Position numbers and translations under genes: made by a program | Shown: one piece after another, positions 24,191 through 35,637 of the stretch | Numbering within the stretch: the stretch's first letter is position 1 | How the letters are laid out: every line of letters starts with the position of its first letter | Origin: Actinomycetota bacterium | GTDB lineage: Bacteria > Actinomycetota > CADDZG01 > JAHWKV01 > JAOPZY01 | DNA length: 35,637 nt | Assembly (NCBI GenBank): GCA_025963875.1 | Contig: JAOPZY010000188.1 | Coordinates: 1 to 35,637 of the forward strand | Direction: 5' to 3' | Notes under the pieces: model-generated | What the model saw: only the letters and a program-made list of their open reading frames with translations | The model's database searches: none | Told to the model about the DNA's origin: nothing

Positions 24191-26395
24191 ATGCGGGTCT
24201 CCCGGATGCCCTCGACCCGACTGCTCCGCGTGGCGCTCATCCTTTTCCTCGCGGCCGCAGCGTCCGTCCACCTGGCCGCCCCGGCGATGGCCGCGCCTGC
24301 CCTTGTGTGGCAGCGGGTGATCCCCGGCGCCGTCGTCCAGTCCTCGCCGGCACCGGTCGTCCTTCCCGACGGGACCGGCGGGATCGTCGTCGGGGCACAC
24401 GACGGCAAGGTCTACACCCTGAACGCCAGCGACGGCACCGACGCTCCCGGGTGGCCCCAGCAGACGACCAACGCCATCGACTCCTCCCCGGCGATCGCCC
24501 CCACCGACGGGTCCGGTGCCCCCCAGATCTACATCGGCAGTGGCGTCGCGTCCGCGGTCCAGGCGGGGGGCCTCTACTCCTTCGACACGGCCGGCCACAC
24601 CCGCTGGCACATCAACGCCTCCGACAACGCCGGCCCGAGCCTGTCCTTCGCCGCCACACCGGTCATCGGCGACATCAACCGCCACAACGTGGCCGACATC
24701 ACCGCCGGGGACCTCGGCCAGACGGTGCTGTCCGTCACAGCGAACGGCGTCACCAACCCCGGGTGGCCCTACCTGGCGCTCGACAGCACCTTCTCCTCGG
24801 GTGCGCTGGCCGACGTGAACGGCGACGGCCAGACCGACCTCGTCGTGGGCGGCGACTCCAACCCCGGCCCCCAGGGGACCCACCCGAGGGGCGGCATCGT
24901 CCGGGCGCTCACCGGCAGCGGCGGCGTCCTGTGGGAGTACCGCATCGACGAGCAGGTGATCTCCTCCCCGAGCATCGGCGACATCGACGGCGACGGGCGC
25001 CCGGACATCGTCTTCGGTTCGGGCAACTACTGGGCCAACCACGGGGGCTCGGTCACGTCGAGGATGGTCTCGGCCATCAACATCGACGGCACGCCGAAGC
25101 CGGGCTGGCCGAGGGCCATCGACGGGTTCGCCATGGCGTCGCCGACCCTGGCCGACGTGAACGGCGACGGGCAGCTCGACGTCGTCATGGGGGCGTGGAA
25201 CACCGACGGGGGCAGCGGCTCGGTCTACGCCTGGGACGGCAAGACCGGCAACGAGATCTGGGCGCACCACAACGTCGGCAACGGCACGGTCATCGGTCAG
25301 ATCGTCACGGCCGACTTCAACGGCGACGGCGCCCAGGACCTCCTGGTCCCCACCTCGAACGGGGCCTACGCGCTCGACGGGAAGACGGGCCAGCAGCTCT
25401 TCAGCGTCGAGCCCGGCCTGTCGATGCAGAACTCCCCCCTGATCGTCGATGTGACCGGGAAGGGCCAGCTCAGCATCATCGTCGCCGGCGAGAACGGCTC
25501 GCACCAGGGAGTCATCTCCCGCTACGACGTGCCCACCACCGACAAGGCGACGTTTGGTGCCCTCGGCTGGCCGATGTTCCGCAAGGACGCCCGCCGGACG
25601 GGTTCGTGGACCAACCCCCCGTTGGTGCAGAACGCCTGCGTGCGTCCCGGCGGCTACTGGATGGCTGCGTCCGACGGCGGCGTCTTCAACTTCTGCGACG
25701 CCGGGTTCTACGGCTCCACCGGCTCCATCCACCTCAACCAGCCCATCGTGGCCATGGCGCCCACGCCGACGGGGAAGGGCTACTGGATGGCGGCCTCCGA
25801 CGGCGGCATCTTCAACTTCGGCGACGCCGGGTTCTCCGGTTCCACCGGCTCCATCCACCTCAACCAGCCGATCGTCGGCATGGTCCCGACGCCCTCCGGG
25901 CACGGTTACTGGCTCGTGGCCTCCGACGGCGGCATCTTCAACTTCGGCGACGCGGCCTTCCTGGGCTCCACCGGGTCCATCCACCTCAACCAGCCCATCG
26001 TGGGCATTGCTCGGACACCCGACGGCGGCGGCTACTGGCTCGTGGCGCGCGACGGCGGCATCTTCAACTTCGGCAACGCGCCCTTCCTGGGCTCCACGGG
26101 CTCCATCCACCTGAACCAGCCGATCGTGGCGATGGCGACGTCCGGCGCCGGCTACTGGCTGACCGCCTCCGACGGGGGCATCTTCAACTTCGGCACCGCG
26201 CCCTTCCTGGGCTCCACCGGGTCCATCCACCTCAACCAGCCCATCGTGGGCATGTCACCCACGGCCTCGGGCGGCGGCTACTGGCTCGTGGCGCGCGACG
26301 GAGGGATCTTCAACTACGGGGACGCTGCATTCCTCGGCTCCACCGGCTCCATCCGCCTGAACAAGCCGATGATCGGCATGGCGGGGGCCGGCTAA
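24191..26395 (+). CDS. Secreted FG-GAP/VCBS repeat protein with six C-terminal GYWLVASDGGIFNFG repeats
   Basis: Signal peptide; SSP.(I/L)(A/G)D(V/I)(N/D)GDG..D(I/V)V repeats; GWP motifs; six ~42-aa C-terminal repeats. Confidence 0.88.
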   Translation: MRVSRMPSTRLLRVALILFLAAAASVHLAAPAMAAPALVWQRVIPGAVVQSSPAPVVLPDGTGGIVVGAHDGKVYTLNASDGTDAPGWPQQTTNAIDSSPAIAPTDGSGAPQIYIGSGVASAVQAGGLYSFDTAGHTRWHINASDNAGPSLSFAATPVIGDINRHNVADITAGDLGQTVLSVTANGVTNPGWPYLALDSTFSSGALADVNGDGQTDLVVGGDSNPGPQGTHPRGGIVRALTGSGGVLWEYRIDEQVISSPSIGDIDGDGRPDIVFGSGNYWANHGGSVTSRMVSAINIDGTPKPGWPRAIDGFAMASPTLADVNGDGQLDVVMGAWNTDGGSGSVYAWDGKTGNEIWAHHNVGNGTVIGQIVTADFNGDGAQDLLVPTSNGAYALDGKTGQQLFSVEPGLSMQNSPLIVDVTGKGQLSIIVAGENGSHQGVISRYDVPTTDKATFGALGWPMFRKDARRTGSWTNPPLVQNACVRPGGYWMAASDGGVFNFCDAGFYGSTGSIHLNQPIVAMAPTPTGKGYWMAASDGGIFNFGDAGFSGSTGSIHLNQPIVGMVPTPSGHGYWLVASDGGIFNFGDAAFLGSTGSIHLNQPIVGIARTPDGGGYWLVARDGGIFNFGNAPFLGSTGSIHLNQPIVAMATSGAGYWLTASDGGIFNFGTAPFLGSTGSIHLNQPIVGMSPTASGGGYWLVARDGGIFNYGDAAFLGSTGSIRLNKPMIGMAGAG
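25652..26392 (+). repeat. Six intragenic tandem repeats (126 bp, one of 120 bp)
   Basis: GGYTACTGG units start at 25652, 25778, 25904, 26030, 26150 and 26276. Confidence 0.9.
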
Positions 26396-26399
26396 GGCC

Positions 26400-28955
26400 T
26401 CAGTCGCAGATGCGCCGGGCACGGCCTGCCGTCGCCCAGGCGACTCGGCCCACCTCTGCGAAGGTCAGCAGATCCGGGTGGGAGGGGACGACCCGCAGGG
26501 CGAAGCCGTACCTCCCCGGCCGTTCGATGGAGAACGAGCCGTTGTAGCACCACGTGGTGCCGTCGGCGCCCTTGCCGGCAACCTCCATCGGCTCGATCAG
26601 CTCGCCCATCAGGAACTCGCCCTGGTCGAGGGGCCCGTGCACGAGCTGCACGGCCACGTCGTCGGGCGTGAGCGCTCCGAGCCGCACCTGCGCCAGCACG
26701 TTCTGGGACTTGCCCAGTTCCGGAACGAGGTCGTCCTCGCCGGCGGCCTCGATCGCGACGTCGCTCCACTGCTTCTGCACGTTCGCCTTCCACGCCGCCA
26801 GCGCCTTCGCCCGCTGGTACCCGTTGGCGGCCAGCGCCTCCGCCCGGGCTGCCGCGGGGTCGTAGGCCCACTCGACATACTCCCGGAGCATGCGGGTGGC
26901 GCTCACCTTGGGGCCGAGGGTCTTGAGCGAGGACCGGATCTTGCGCACCCACCCCCTGGGAACCGAGCGGGCCTTGCGGTCGTAGAAGAGGGGCACGATG
27001 CGGCGCTCCAGCACGTCGAAGAGGTTGGCGGCCTCGACCCGGTCCCGCCGGCCGAGATCTTCGTAACCTTCCACCGACAAGATGGCCCAGCCGTTCTCGC
27101 CGTCGTACATCTCGTCCCACCATCCGTCGAGGATCGAGCAGTTCAGCACCCCGTTGAGGGCAGCCTTCTCGCCGCTGGTGCCCGAGGCCTCCAGGGGCCG
27201 GCGGGGTGTGTTGAGCCACAGGTCGACGCCCTGGCACAGGAGCTTGGCCATCGAGATGTCGTAGTTCTCGAGAAAGGCCATCCGCCGCCGGACCTGGGGA
27301 TCCTGCGAGAAGTTGAAGATCTCCCGGATCATCGCCTTGCCGGGCTCGTCGGCGGGGTGGGCCTTGCCGGCGAAGAGGATCTGGACCGGGCGCTCCGGAT
27401 CGTTGAGCAGGGCCTTCAGCCGCTCGGGCTGGGAGAGCAGGAGGGTGGGGCGCTTGTAGGCGGCGAACCGCCGGGCGAAGCCGATGGTGAGCACCCCGGG
27501 GTCGAAGATGTCGTCGCACCAGGCGAGGTCGCCCTCGCTGATGCCCTGCAGCATCCGTGAAACCTTGAGACGCTTGCGCACGAAGCCGACCAGCCGTTCC
27601 CGGCACTGCTCCCGCACCCGCCAGATGTCCTCGTCCGACGCGTCGTCGAGGCGGGCCCACCGGTCCGGTCCGGCGTCCCACCATTCGGGCAGGACGTAGC
27701 GGTCGAGGGTGGTGGTCATCTCGCTCGAGACCCAGGTCGCGGCGTGGATGCCGTTGGTGACGGAGTGGATCGGGATCTCGTCGAAGGAGATGTCCGGCCA
27801 CAGGTGCTGGAACAGGTGCTTGGACGTCTGCCCGTGCAGGCGGGCCACGGCGTTGCAGTACCCCGAGAGCCGGAACGAGAGCACCGCCATGTTGAACAGA
27901 TCGCCCGACCCTCCTGGCTCCAGGCCGAGCTCCATGAAGTCGGAGAACGCCACGCCGACTTCCTCGGCCCACGCGGAGAAGTACCGCTCGATCAGCGCTC
28001 TCGGGAAACGGTCGATGCCGGCCGAGACCGGCGTGTGGGTGGTGAAGACCGCACCGGCCCGGACCGCCTCGATCGCCTCGGGGAACGTCAGGCCGTCGCG
28101 GCGGATGAGCACCCGCAGCCGCTCCAGGGCGAGGAACCCGGCGTGGCCTTCGTTGATGTGGAAGACCTGGGGTGTCCGGCCCACGGCCTCGAGCGCCCTG
28201 ACCCCGCCGATCCCGAGGAGGATCTCCTGGCGCAGCCGGTGCTCCTCTCCCCCGCCGTAGAGGTTGTCGGTGATCGCCCGGGACTCCTCGGAGTTCTCCT
28301 CGACGTTGGTGTCGAGGAGGAACAGCGGGATCCTGCCCACCTGGGCCTTGAGGATCTGGGCGATGATCGGCGTGCCCGCAAGGTCGACGGTCACGCGGCC
28401 CACCGGCTCAAGCGCCATTTCGGCGGGGTCGAGCGAAGGATAGTGCTCCACCTGCCAGCCCTCGACGTTCAGCTCCTGGCGGAAGTAGCCGTGCTTGTAG
28501 AACAGCCCCACGCCGACCAGCGGCAGGCCCAGGCTCCCCGCCGCCTTGACGTGGTCGCCGGCGAGCACGCCAAGGCCCCCCGAGTACTGGGGGAGCGCGG
28601 CGTCGATGCCGAACTCCGGCGAGAAGTAGGCGACCGACTTGAGCGCCAGGTCGGACCGCTCCGCGAACCATCGCGGCCGTGCCAGGTGGTTGCGCAGGTC
28701 GTCGTGCACCTCGTGGAGGAACGCGAGGAAGCTGCGGTCCCGCGCCAGGGACTCGAGGCGCTCCTTGCCGATCATGCCGAGCAGGCGCATCGGGTCGCCG
28801 CCCGCCGCCTCCCAGACCTCGGGGTCCGCCCAGCGGAACAGGTCCTGGGAGCGCGAATCCCAGGACCAGCGGAGGTTCATGGCGATCTCGCGCAGTCCGG
28901 AGAGAGACTCGGGCAGCTGTGCGCGCACGGTGAAGCTCTGGAGCGCTCTAGGCAT
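26400..28955 (-). CDS. glgP: Alpha-glucan (glycogen) phosphorylase
   Basis: AYFSPEFG, YSGGLG.LAGD, HINEGH, FARRFA.YKR, AGKAHPAD, PLP motif EASGTSGEKA. Confidence 0.96.
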   Translation of the reverse strand: MPRALQSFTVRAQLPESLSGLREIAMNLRWSWDSRSQDLFRWADPEVWEAAGGDPMRLLGMIGKERLESLARDRSFLAFLHEVHDDLRNHLARPRWFAERSDLALKSVAYFSPEFGIDAALPQYSGGLGVLAGDHVKAAGSLGLPLVGVGLFYKHGYFRQELNVEGWQVEHYPSLDPAEMALEPVGRVTVDLAGTPIIAQILKAQVGRIPLFLLDTNVEENSEESRAITDNLYGGGEEHRLRQEILLGIGGVRALEAVGRTPQVFHINEGHAGFLALERLRVLIRRDGLTFPEAIEAVRAGAVFTTHTPVSAGIDRFPRALIERYFSAWAEEVGVAFSDFMELGLEPGGSGDLFNMAVLSFRLSGYCNAVARLHGQTSKHLFQHLWPDISFDEIPIHSVTNGIHAATWVSSEMTTTLDRYVLPEWWDAGPDRWARLDDASDEDIWRVREQCRERLVGFVRKRLKVSRMLQGISEGDLAWCDDIFDPGVLTIGFARRFAAYKRPTLLLSQPERLKALLNDPERPVQILFAGKAHPADEPGKAMIREIFNFSQDPQVRRRMAFLENYDISMAKLLCQGVDLWLNTPRRPLEASGTSGEKAALNGVLNCSILDGWWDEMYDGENGWAILSVEGYEDLGRRDRVEAANLFDVLERRIVPLFYDRKARSVPRGWVRKIRSSLKTLGPKVSATRMLREYVEWAYDPAAARAEALAANGYQRAKALAAWKANVQKQWSDVAIEAAGEDDLVPELGKSQNVLAQVRLGALTPDDVAVQLVHGPLDQGEFLMGELIEPMEVAGKGADGTTWCYNGSFSIERPGRYGFALRVVPSHPDLLTFAEVGRVAWATAGRARRICD

Positions 28956-29256
28956 GGGTGTGGTCCACGGGAGGGCCGGTCTCCTTCTTGCTCATCGCTT
29001 GTTTTCCAGGGAACCCGAGTTTAGACCACTGCTCGCCTGCTGGACCAAGCCGGTCAGGTCAGGCGGATTGCCTCCCTGGGACGAGGTGCCCCGCCGGCTG
29101 GGATCTTTCGCCTAGTGGACCGGACGTTTGTCCTAGCCTCCTGCACTCGGTCCTTCCGTCTATACCCGGATGGAGCGCAAGCCGGAAGGATAGGAGCAGA
29201 TCGCGCGCATACGCGCGAATGGCGACCAACCTCCTCCCCCTCGGCCCGGCCGGGCG

Positions 29257-31416
<2,160 letters not shown>

Positions 31417-31466
31417 GGGCGTAGGTTAATCGCCCTGGGGGTCCGGCCGCCCCCAACGACCCCTAG

Positions 31467-31515
31467 TACTCCGTCAGGAATATCCTATTGACAATTACTC
31501 CAGTCCGAGTATTCT
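31467..31515 (+). promoter_or_regulatory. padR promoter with two TACTC-N6-GA(G/A)TA operator-like boxes
   Basis: TTGACA (31488-31493), N16, TATTCT (31510-31515), N7, ATG; boxes at 31467-31482 and 31496-31511. Confidence 0.7.
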
Positions 31516-31522
31516 ATGTGCC

Positions 31523-32155
31523 ATGCCACCGAACAACCGCTCCAATCCCCTCGCTCTCGCGGTGCTGAGCTGCCTGTACGAGCGCCCCATGCATCCGTAC
31601 GAGGTGGCCCAGACCCTCCGCCACCGTGCCAAGCACGAGAGCATCAAGCTGAACTACGGGTCCCTGTACAACGTGGTGGAGGGCCTCGAGAAGCGGGGCT
31701 TCATCCGGGTCACCGAGACGGTCCGTGAGGGCCGCCGGCCCGAGCGCACCATCTACGAGGTCACCGAGACGGGTTCCCGGGAGTTCATCGACTGGCTGTC
31801 GGCGTTGATCACGACGCCGGTCAAGGAGTACCTCCAGTTCGAGGCTGCGCTCTCGCTCCTCCCGGCCCTTCCCCCCGGCGAGGCGGCGGCGTTGCTCCGC
31901 GAACGTATCAACGAGCTCGAACACCGCCTCAACTTCTCGAAGCTGACGATGGACAACATGCGGAAGGCCGGCTTGCCAAGGCTGTTCGGCGTCGAGAACG
32001 AATACGTCGAGGCGCTGATGCAGGCCGAGCTGGACTACGTGCGGAACCTCGTCAAGGAGATCGAGGGCGGCACCCTGGAGGGCCTCGAGATGTGGCAGCA
32101 CTGGTTCGAGGGCGACACCGACAAACGGCCTCCTCCGCCAACGCCGGAGCTCTAG
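31523..32155 (+). CDS. PadR family transcriptional regulator
   Basis: LAVL..L.ERPMHPYE...GSLY..V..LEKRG.I...RRPERTIYEVTETG winged helix. Confidence 0.93.
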   Translation: MPPNNRSNPLALAVLSCLYERPMHPYEVAQTLRHRAKHESIKLNYGSLYNVVEGLEKRGFIRVTETVREGRRPERTIYEVTETGSREFIDWLSALITTPVKEYLQFEAALSLLPALPPGEAAALLRERINELEHRLNFSKLTMDNMRKAGLPRLFGVENEYVEALMQAELDYVRNLVKEIEGGTLEGLEMWQHWFEGDTDKRPPPPTPEL

Positions 32156-32228
32156 ATCCCCGCGCAGGGCCACCGATGAGGGGAGCGCGCCGACACCGTC
32201 TCAGAGAACGACCCAGGAGGTGACCCGA

Positions 32229-32798
32229 GTGAGAAAGCTTCTTTCCTTCATGGTGATGACCCTCGATGGCTACCACGAGGGACCGAACCACGAGTTCGAC
32301 TGGCCGAACGTCGACGACGAGTTCAACGAGTTCGCCCTCAGCCAGCTCAACGACATCGACACGCTGCTGTTCGGCCGCGCCACCTACGAGGGCATGGCGA
32401 GCTACTGGCCCTCCCCGGCGGCGCAGGAAGGCGATCCTCTGGTTGCCCGATTCATGAACAGCGTGCCGAAGATCGTCTTCTCGACGACGCTCCCGTCAGC
32501 CGAGTGGGAGAACACCACGCTCGTCAGCCGGGATGTCGCCGCAGCGGTCTCGGAACTGAAGGCCCAGCCCGGAAAGAGTCTCGCGATCTTCGGCAGTTCG
32601 AACCTGACGGTGAGCCTGCTGGAGCGGTGCCTCGTCGACGAGCTTCGCGTGATGGTCATGCCCGTTCTCCTCGGCGCCGGCAACTCGCTGTTCGCCGGCC
32701 TGAAGGATCGCCTCCACCTGAAGCTCACCAGGACGACGACCTTCAGCTCGGGCAATGTCCTGCTGCGCTACCGACCCGAAGAGGGGAGCCGACCATGA
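32229..32798 (+). CDS. Dihydrofolate reductase-like (RibD C-terminal) family protein
   Basis: MRKL....TLDGY, LLFGRATYE, PKIVFS.TL, GS..L...LL...LVDE....PV.LG.G; RBS AGGAGG supports the GTG at 32229. Confidence 0.9.
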   Translation: MRKLLSFMVMTLDGYHEGPNHEFDWPNVDDEFNEFALSQLNDIDTLLFGRATYEGMASYWPSPAAQEGDPLVARFMNSVPKIVFSTTLPSAEWENTTLVSRDVAAAVSELKAQPGKSLAIFGSSNLTVSLLERCLVDELRVMVMPVLLGAGNSLFAGLKDRLHLKLTRTTTFSSGNVLLRYRPEEGSRP

Positions 32799-33787
32799 CA
32801 CCAAGTATCGAGGCACTGGGCCTCACGAAGCGGTTCGGCAAGACGCTGGCCCTGGACGGGCTCGACCTCGTCGCCGAGGCGGGGCAGGTCCTTGCCGTCC
32901 TCGGTCCCAACGGCGCCGGCAAGACGACGTTCATCCGGGCGGTGGCAACCCTGGTGCAGCCCGACGGCGGGGAGCTCAGGGTGGCCGGCCACGATGTCCG
33001 GAGGGAGCCGGGCGTCGTCCGGAGCCTCATCGGCCTGGCGGGCCAGTACGCCGCGGTCGAGCCGACGATGACGGGGCGCGAGAACCTGGAGATGATCGCC
33101 CGGCTGTTCGGCCAGAGCCGGCGGGACGCGAAGGCCAACGCCGTGCGCGTGCTTGCCCAGTTCGGGCTGTCCGAGGCCGCCGACCGCCTCGTCCGGACCT
33201 ACTCCGGCGGCATGCGGCGCAAGCTGGACCTGGGGGCGAGCCTCGTCGGCGAGCCACGGATCCTTCTGCTGGACGAGCCGACCACCGGTCTCGATCCCCG
33301 GGCGCGCATCGAGCTGTGGGACGCCATCCGGGAGCTGGTGGATCACGGCACCGACGTCGTGCTCACCACCCAGTACCTCGACGAGGCCGACCACCTCGCG
33401 AGCCAGATCGTGATCATCGATCACGGCAGGGCGATCGCCGCGGGGACCCCGACGGAGCTCAAGCAGCGAGCCGGCCACAGCGTGGTCGAGGTCCACGTCC
33501 GGGAGCCCGAGGACATCCCGCGGGTTGCCTCGGCCCTTGCCGAGCTCGGCGACGGGGAGCCCCAGATCGACGAGGCGACCCGGCGGGTGAGCATGACCGT
33601 GCCGGCCGGCACGGCGCAGCTCATCGGCGACCTCCCGTCGCTGGCGGCGGTCGGGCCGGCCCTCGAGGACATCGCGGTGCGGCACCCGAAGCTCGACGAG
33701 GTCTTCCTCGCCCTGACGGGGCAGTCCCTGGAGCAGCCTGCCGGCGCCGCAAAGCGACGCGGCCGCGAGCCCGCACCCGTCGCCTGA
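32795..33787 (+). CDS. ABC exporter ATP-binding protein (DrrA-like)
   Basis: GPNGAGKTT, YSGGMRR, LLLDEPTTGLDP, LTTQYLDEAD; ATGA overlap with the upstream gene. Confidence 0.95.
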   Translation: MTPSIEALGLTKRFGKTLALDGLDLVAEAGQVLAVLGPNGAGKTTFIRAVATLVQPDGGELRVAGHDVRREPGVVRSLIGLAGQYAAVEPTMTGRENLEMIARLFGQSRRDAKANAVRVLAQFGLSEAADRLVRTYSGGMRRKLDLGASLVGEPRILLLDEPTTGLDPRARIELWDAIRELVDHGTDVVLTTQYLDEADHLASQIVIIDHGRAIAAGTPTELKQRAGHSVVEVHVREPEDIPRVASALAELGDGEPQIDEATRRVSMTVPAGTAQLIGDLPSLAAVGPALEDIAVRHPKLDEVFLALTGQSLEQPAGAAKRRGREPAPVA

Positions 33788-33833
33788 TCCGACCCCTGGC
33801 AACCCGTATCACCCTCAGCCGAAGGAGACCACC

Positions 33834-34655
33834 ATGGCCATCGCCGCACCCGCACTGCCGGCAGCACCCGCCGCGCACCGTGCGAACCTGACCTCCAGCA
33901 CCTTCGTCATCGCCAAGCGGGGGGCTCTCAAGTTCCTCCGCACGCCGCAGCTCATCGTCGTCGGCACCCTGCAGGGTGCCATGTTCCTGCTCATCTTCCG
34001 CTACGTGTTCGGCGGGGCCATCAGCTCCGGGGCCTTAAGCTACGTGAACTTCCTCGTGCCGGGCTTCGTCACCTCGTCGGTCCTCTTCGGGGGCATGGGG
34101 TCCGCCTCGGCGGTCGCGGAGGATCTCCAGGCTGGCTTCATCGACCGCCTCCGGTCCCTGCCGATCCCCCGCAGCTCGGTGCTGACGGGCCGGGTCGTCG
34201 CCGACATGGCGATGCTCGTGTGGAGCCTGATCATCACGTCCGCCATCGGCTTCGCCGTCGGGTTCCGCCTCCACGGCTCCGTGCCGGCGGCGCTCGGCGC
34301 CTTCGCACTGTGCGTCGCCTTCGGGTTCGCCTTCGACTGGCTGTTCATCGCCCTCGGCATGATCTCCGGGACCCCGCAGGCGGCCCAGGGCATCGGCTTC
34401 ATGGTCTTCCCCTTCACCTTCATCTCCAGCGCCTACGTCCCGGTGTCGAGCATGCCCGGGTGGCTGCAGTCCTTCGCCGCCAACCAGCCGGTCACCATGA
34501 TGGTGAACTCCGTGCGGGCGCTGACGCAGGGACAGGCCGCGGTGGCGACGCTCGGCCACCCAGCGGGCTACTTCGTCGTCCGCTCCCTGCTCTGGGCGGC
34601 TGCGATGGTGGTGGCGTTCGCCCCGCTGGCCGTGGCCCGCTACCGCCGGGGCTGA
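33834..34655 (+). CDS. ABC-2 type exporter permease (DrrB-like)
   Basis: D...GFIDRLRSLPI.RS, FISSAYVPV.SMPGWLQ.FA.NQP; RBS AAGGAG. Confidence 0.93.
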   Translation: MAIAAPALPAAPAAHRANLTSSTFVIAKRGALKFLRTPQLIVVGTLQGAMFLLIFRYVFGGAISSGALSYVNFLVPGFVTSSVLFGGMGSASAVAEDLQAGFIDRLRSLPIPRSSVLTGRVVADMAMLVWSLIITSAIGFAVGFRLHGSVPAALGAFALCVAFGFAFDWLFIALGMISGTPQAAQGIGFMVFPFTFISSAYVPVSSMPGWLQSFAANQPVTMMVNSVRALTQGQAAVATLGHPAGYFVVRSLLWAAAMVVAFAPLAVARYRRG

Positions 34656-34674
34656 CGTCCTCGGTTGGATTGTG

Positions 34675-34723
34675 GAAGTCCGCAACGTTCTCCGCGTCTG
34701 ACACGGCTAACGTTGCGGACTTC
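34675..34723. repeat. REP-like palindrome or bidirectional terminator between convergent genes
   Basis: GAAGTCCGCAACGTT-N19-AACGTTGCGGACTTC with an imperfectly paired interior. Confidence 0.8.
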
Positions 34724-34746
34724 TGGGCCGACCCAGGCCGGGAGCG

Positions 34747-35637
34747 TCAGGCCCCGGGGGGCGCCTTGAAGAACAGGGCCGAGAGGCCCGGCAGGGTGAG
34801 GTTCAGGGAGTAGGGACGGCCGTGCATCTGCAGCGCCTCGGCGTTGACCCCGCCCTCGTTGCCCTGGTTGGACCCGCCGTAGATGCCGGCGTCGCTGTTG
34901 AGCAGCTCCCGCCAGTAGCCCCCCGACGGCACGCCCACCCGGTAGTTCGTCCGGGTCACCGGCGTGAAGTTGCACACGATCAGCACCGGATCTCCCCCGC
35001 TCGACTTTCGCATGAGGGCGACCACACTCGACTGGGAGTCGTTGGCATCGATCCACTCGAAGCCCGCAGGGTCGTTGTCCAGCTCGTGCAGGGCCGGCTC
35101 GGCCTTCAGCGCTGCGTTCAGGTCCTGCACCCAGTGCTGGAGCCCGACATGGTCCGGGAAGTCGAGGAGGTTCCAGTCGAGGCTGGTCTCGTGGTACCAC
35201 TCGTTCCACTGGCCGAACTCGCTGCCCATGAAGAGCAGCTTCTTGCCCGACTGGGCGTACATGTAGCCGAAGAGGGCCCGGAGGTTGGCGAACTTCTGCC
35301 AGTCGTCACCCGGCATCTTGCCGATGAGCGACCCCTTCCCGTGTGTCACCTCGTCGTGGGACAGCGGGAGCACGAAGTTCTCCGTCCAGGCGTAGAGGGC
35401 CCGGAAGGTGAGGAGGTGGTGCTGGTAGCGCCGGTGGATCGGGTCCTTGGAGAAGTACTCCAGCGTGTCGTGCATCCAGCCCATGTCCCACTTGAGCCCG
35501 AAGCCGATGCCCCCCAGTTCCACAGGCTTCGACACCCCGGGGAACGCAGTCGACTCCTCGGCGAAGACCTGCACGTCAGGATGGTCCAGGTAGATCCCCG
35601 AGTTCAGCTGACGAAGGAAGGCGATCGCCTCGAGATT
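34747..35637 (-). CDS. glgB: 1,4-alpha-glucan branching enzyme, C-terminal part (5' end outside the window)
   Basis: [52 protein letters not shown]...YGGS; open to the window edge. Confidence 0.96.
   Translation of the reverse strand, partial: NLEAIAFLRQLNSGIYLDHPDVQVFAEESTAFPGVSKPVELGGIGFGLKWDMGWMHDTLEYFSKDPIHRRYQHHLLTFRALYAWTENFVLPLSHDEVTHGKGSLIGKMPGDDWQKFANLRALFGYMYAQSGKKLLFMGSEFGQWNEWYHETSLDWNLLDFPDHVGLQHWVQDLNAALKAEPALHELDNDPAGFEWIDANDSQSSVVALMRKSSGGDPVLIVCNFTPVTRTNYRVGVPSGGYWRELLNSDAGIYGGSNQGNEGGVNAEALQMHGRPYSLNLTLPGLSALFFKAPPGA

Noticed and set aside
25652..26392. Possible CRISPR array
   Set aside because: Units are in-frame 126-bp coding repeats varying mostly at synonymous sites; there are no unique spacers and no cas genes
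24058..26547. 829-aa plus-strand and 703-aa minus-strand ORFs with repeats
   Set aside because: Alternative-frame readings of the FG-GAP gene; their repeats simply mirror the real coding repeats
32229..32798. folA or trimethoprim-resistance DHFR
   Set aside because: Motifs fit the RibD C-terminal/DHFR-like family, not canonical FolA

Overview
This is a high-GC actinobacterial chromosomal window. The GYWLVASDGGIFNFG repeat protein suggests Acidimicrobiia, which is an inference. It holds about 34 protein genes; I found no rRNA, tRNA, CRISPR array, transposase or integrase. From left to right: two long hairpins at the left edge; an operon of an RHH/HicB-like regulator, a DUF4097 protein and a DrrAB-type ABC exporter; an MMPL exporter with a divergent TetR; a secreted Vgb-like beta-propeller; a TIGR01777 oxidoreductase; a CoA-binding protein; an F420-type nitroreductase with TetR; YciI/DGPF plus an ECF42-type sigma factor; a frameshifted membrane protein; a transglutaminase-like protein; a chagasin-like lipoprotein; an FmdB zinc ribbon; the 7-gene RDD/SpoIIM/DUF58/MoxR/DUF4350/DUF4129/membrane protein cluster; an orphan sulfonate-type binding lipoprotein; an FG-GAP protein with six ~42-aa repeats; and glgP-glgX-glgB, with a PadR/DHFR-like/ABC cassette between glgX and glgB. 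The most unusual sequence-level signals are: a 27-bp inverted repeat plus a second long hairpin at 1-188; helically phased operator boxes over a leaderless promoter; a palindrome-containing 32-codon ORF that overlaps the genes on both sides in the MoxR operon; and an ECF sigma factor with no canonical start codon. All family assignments come from motif recognition, not database searches.
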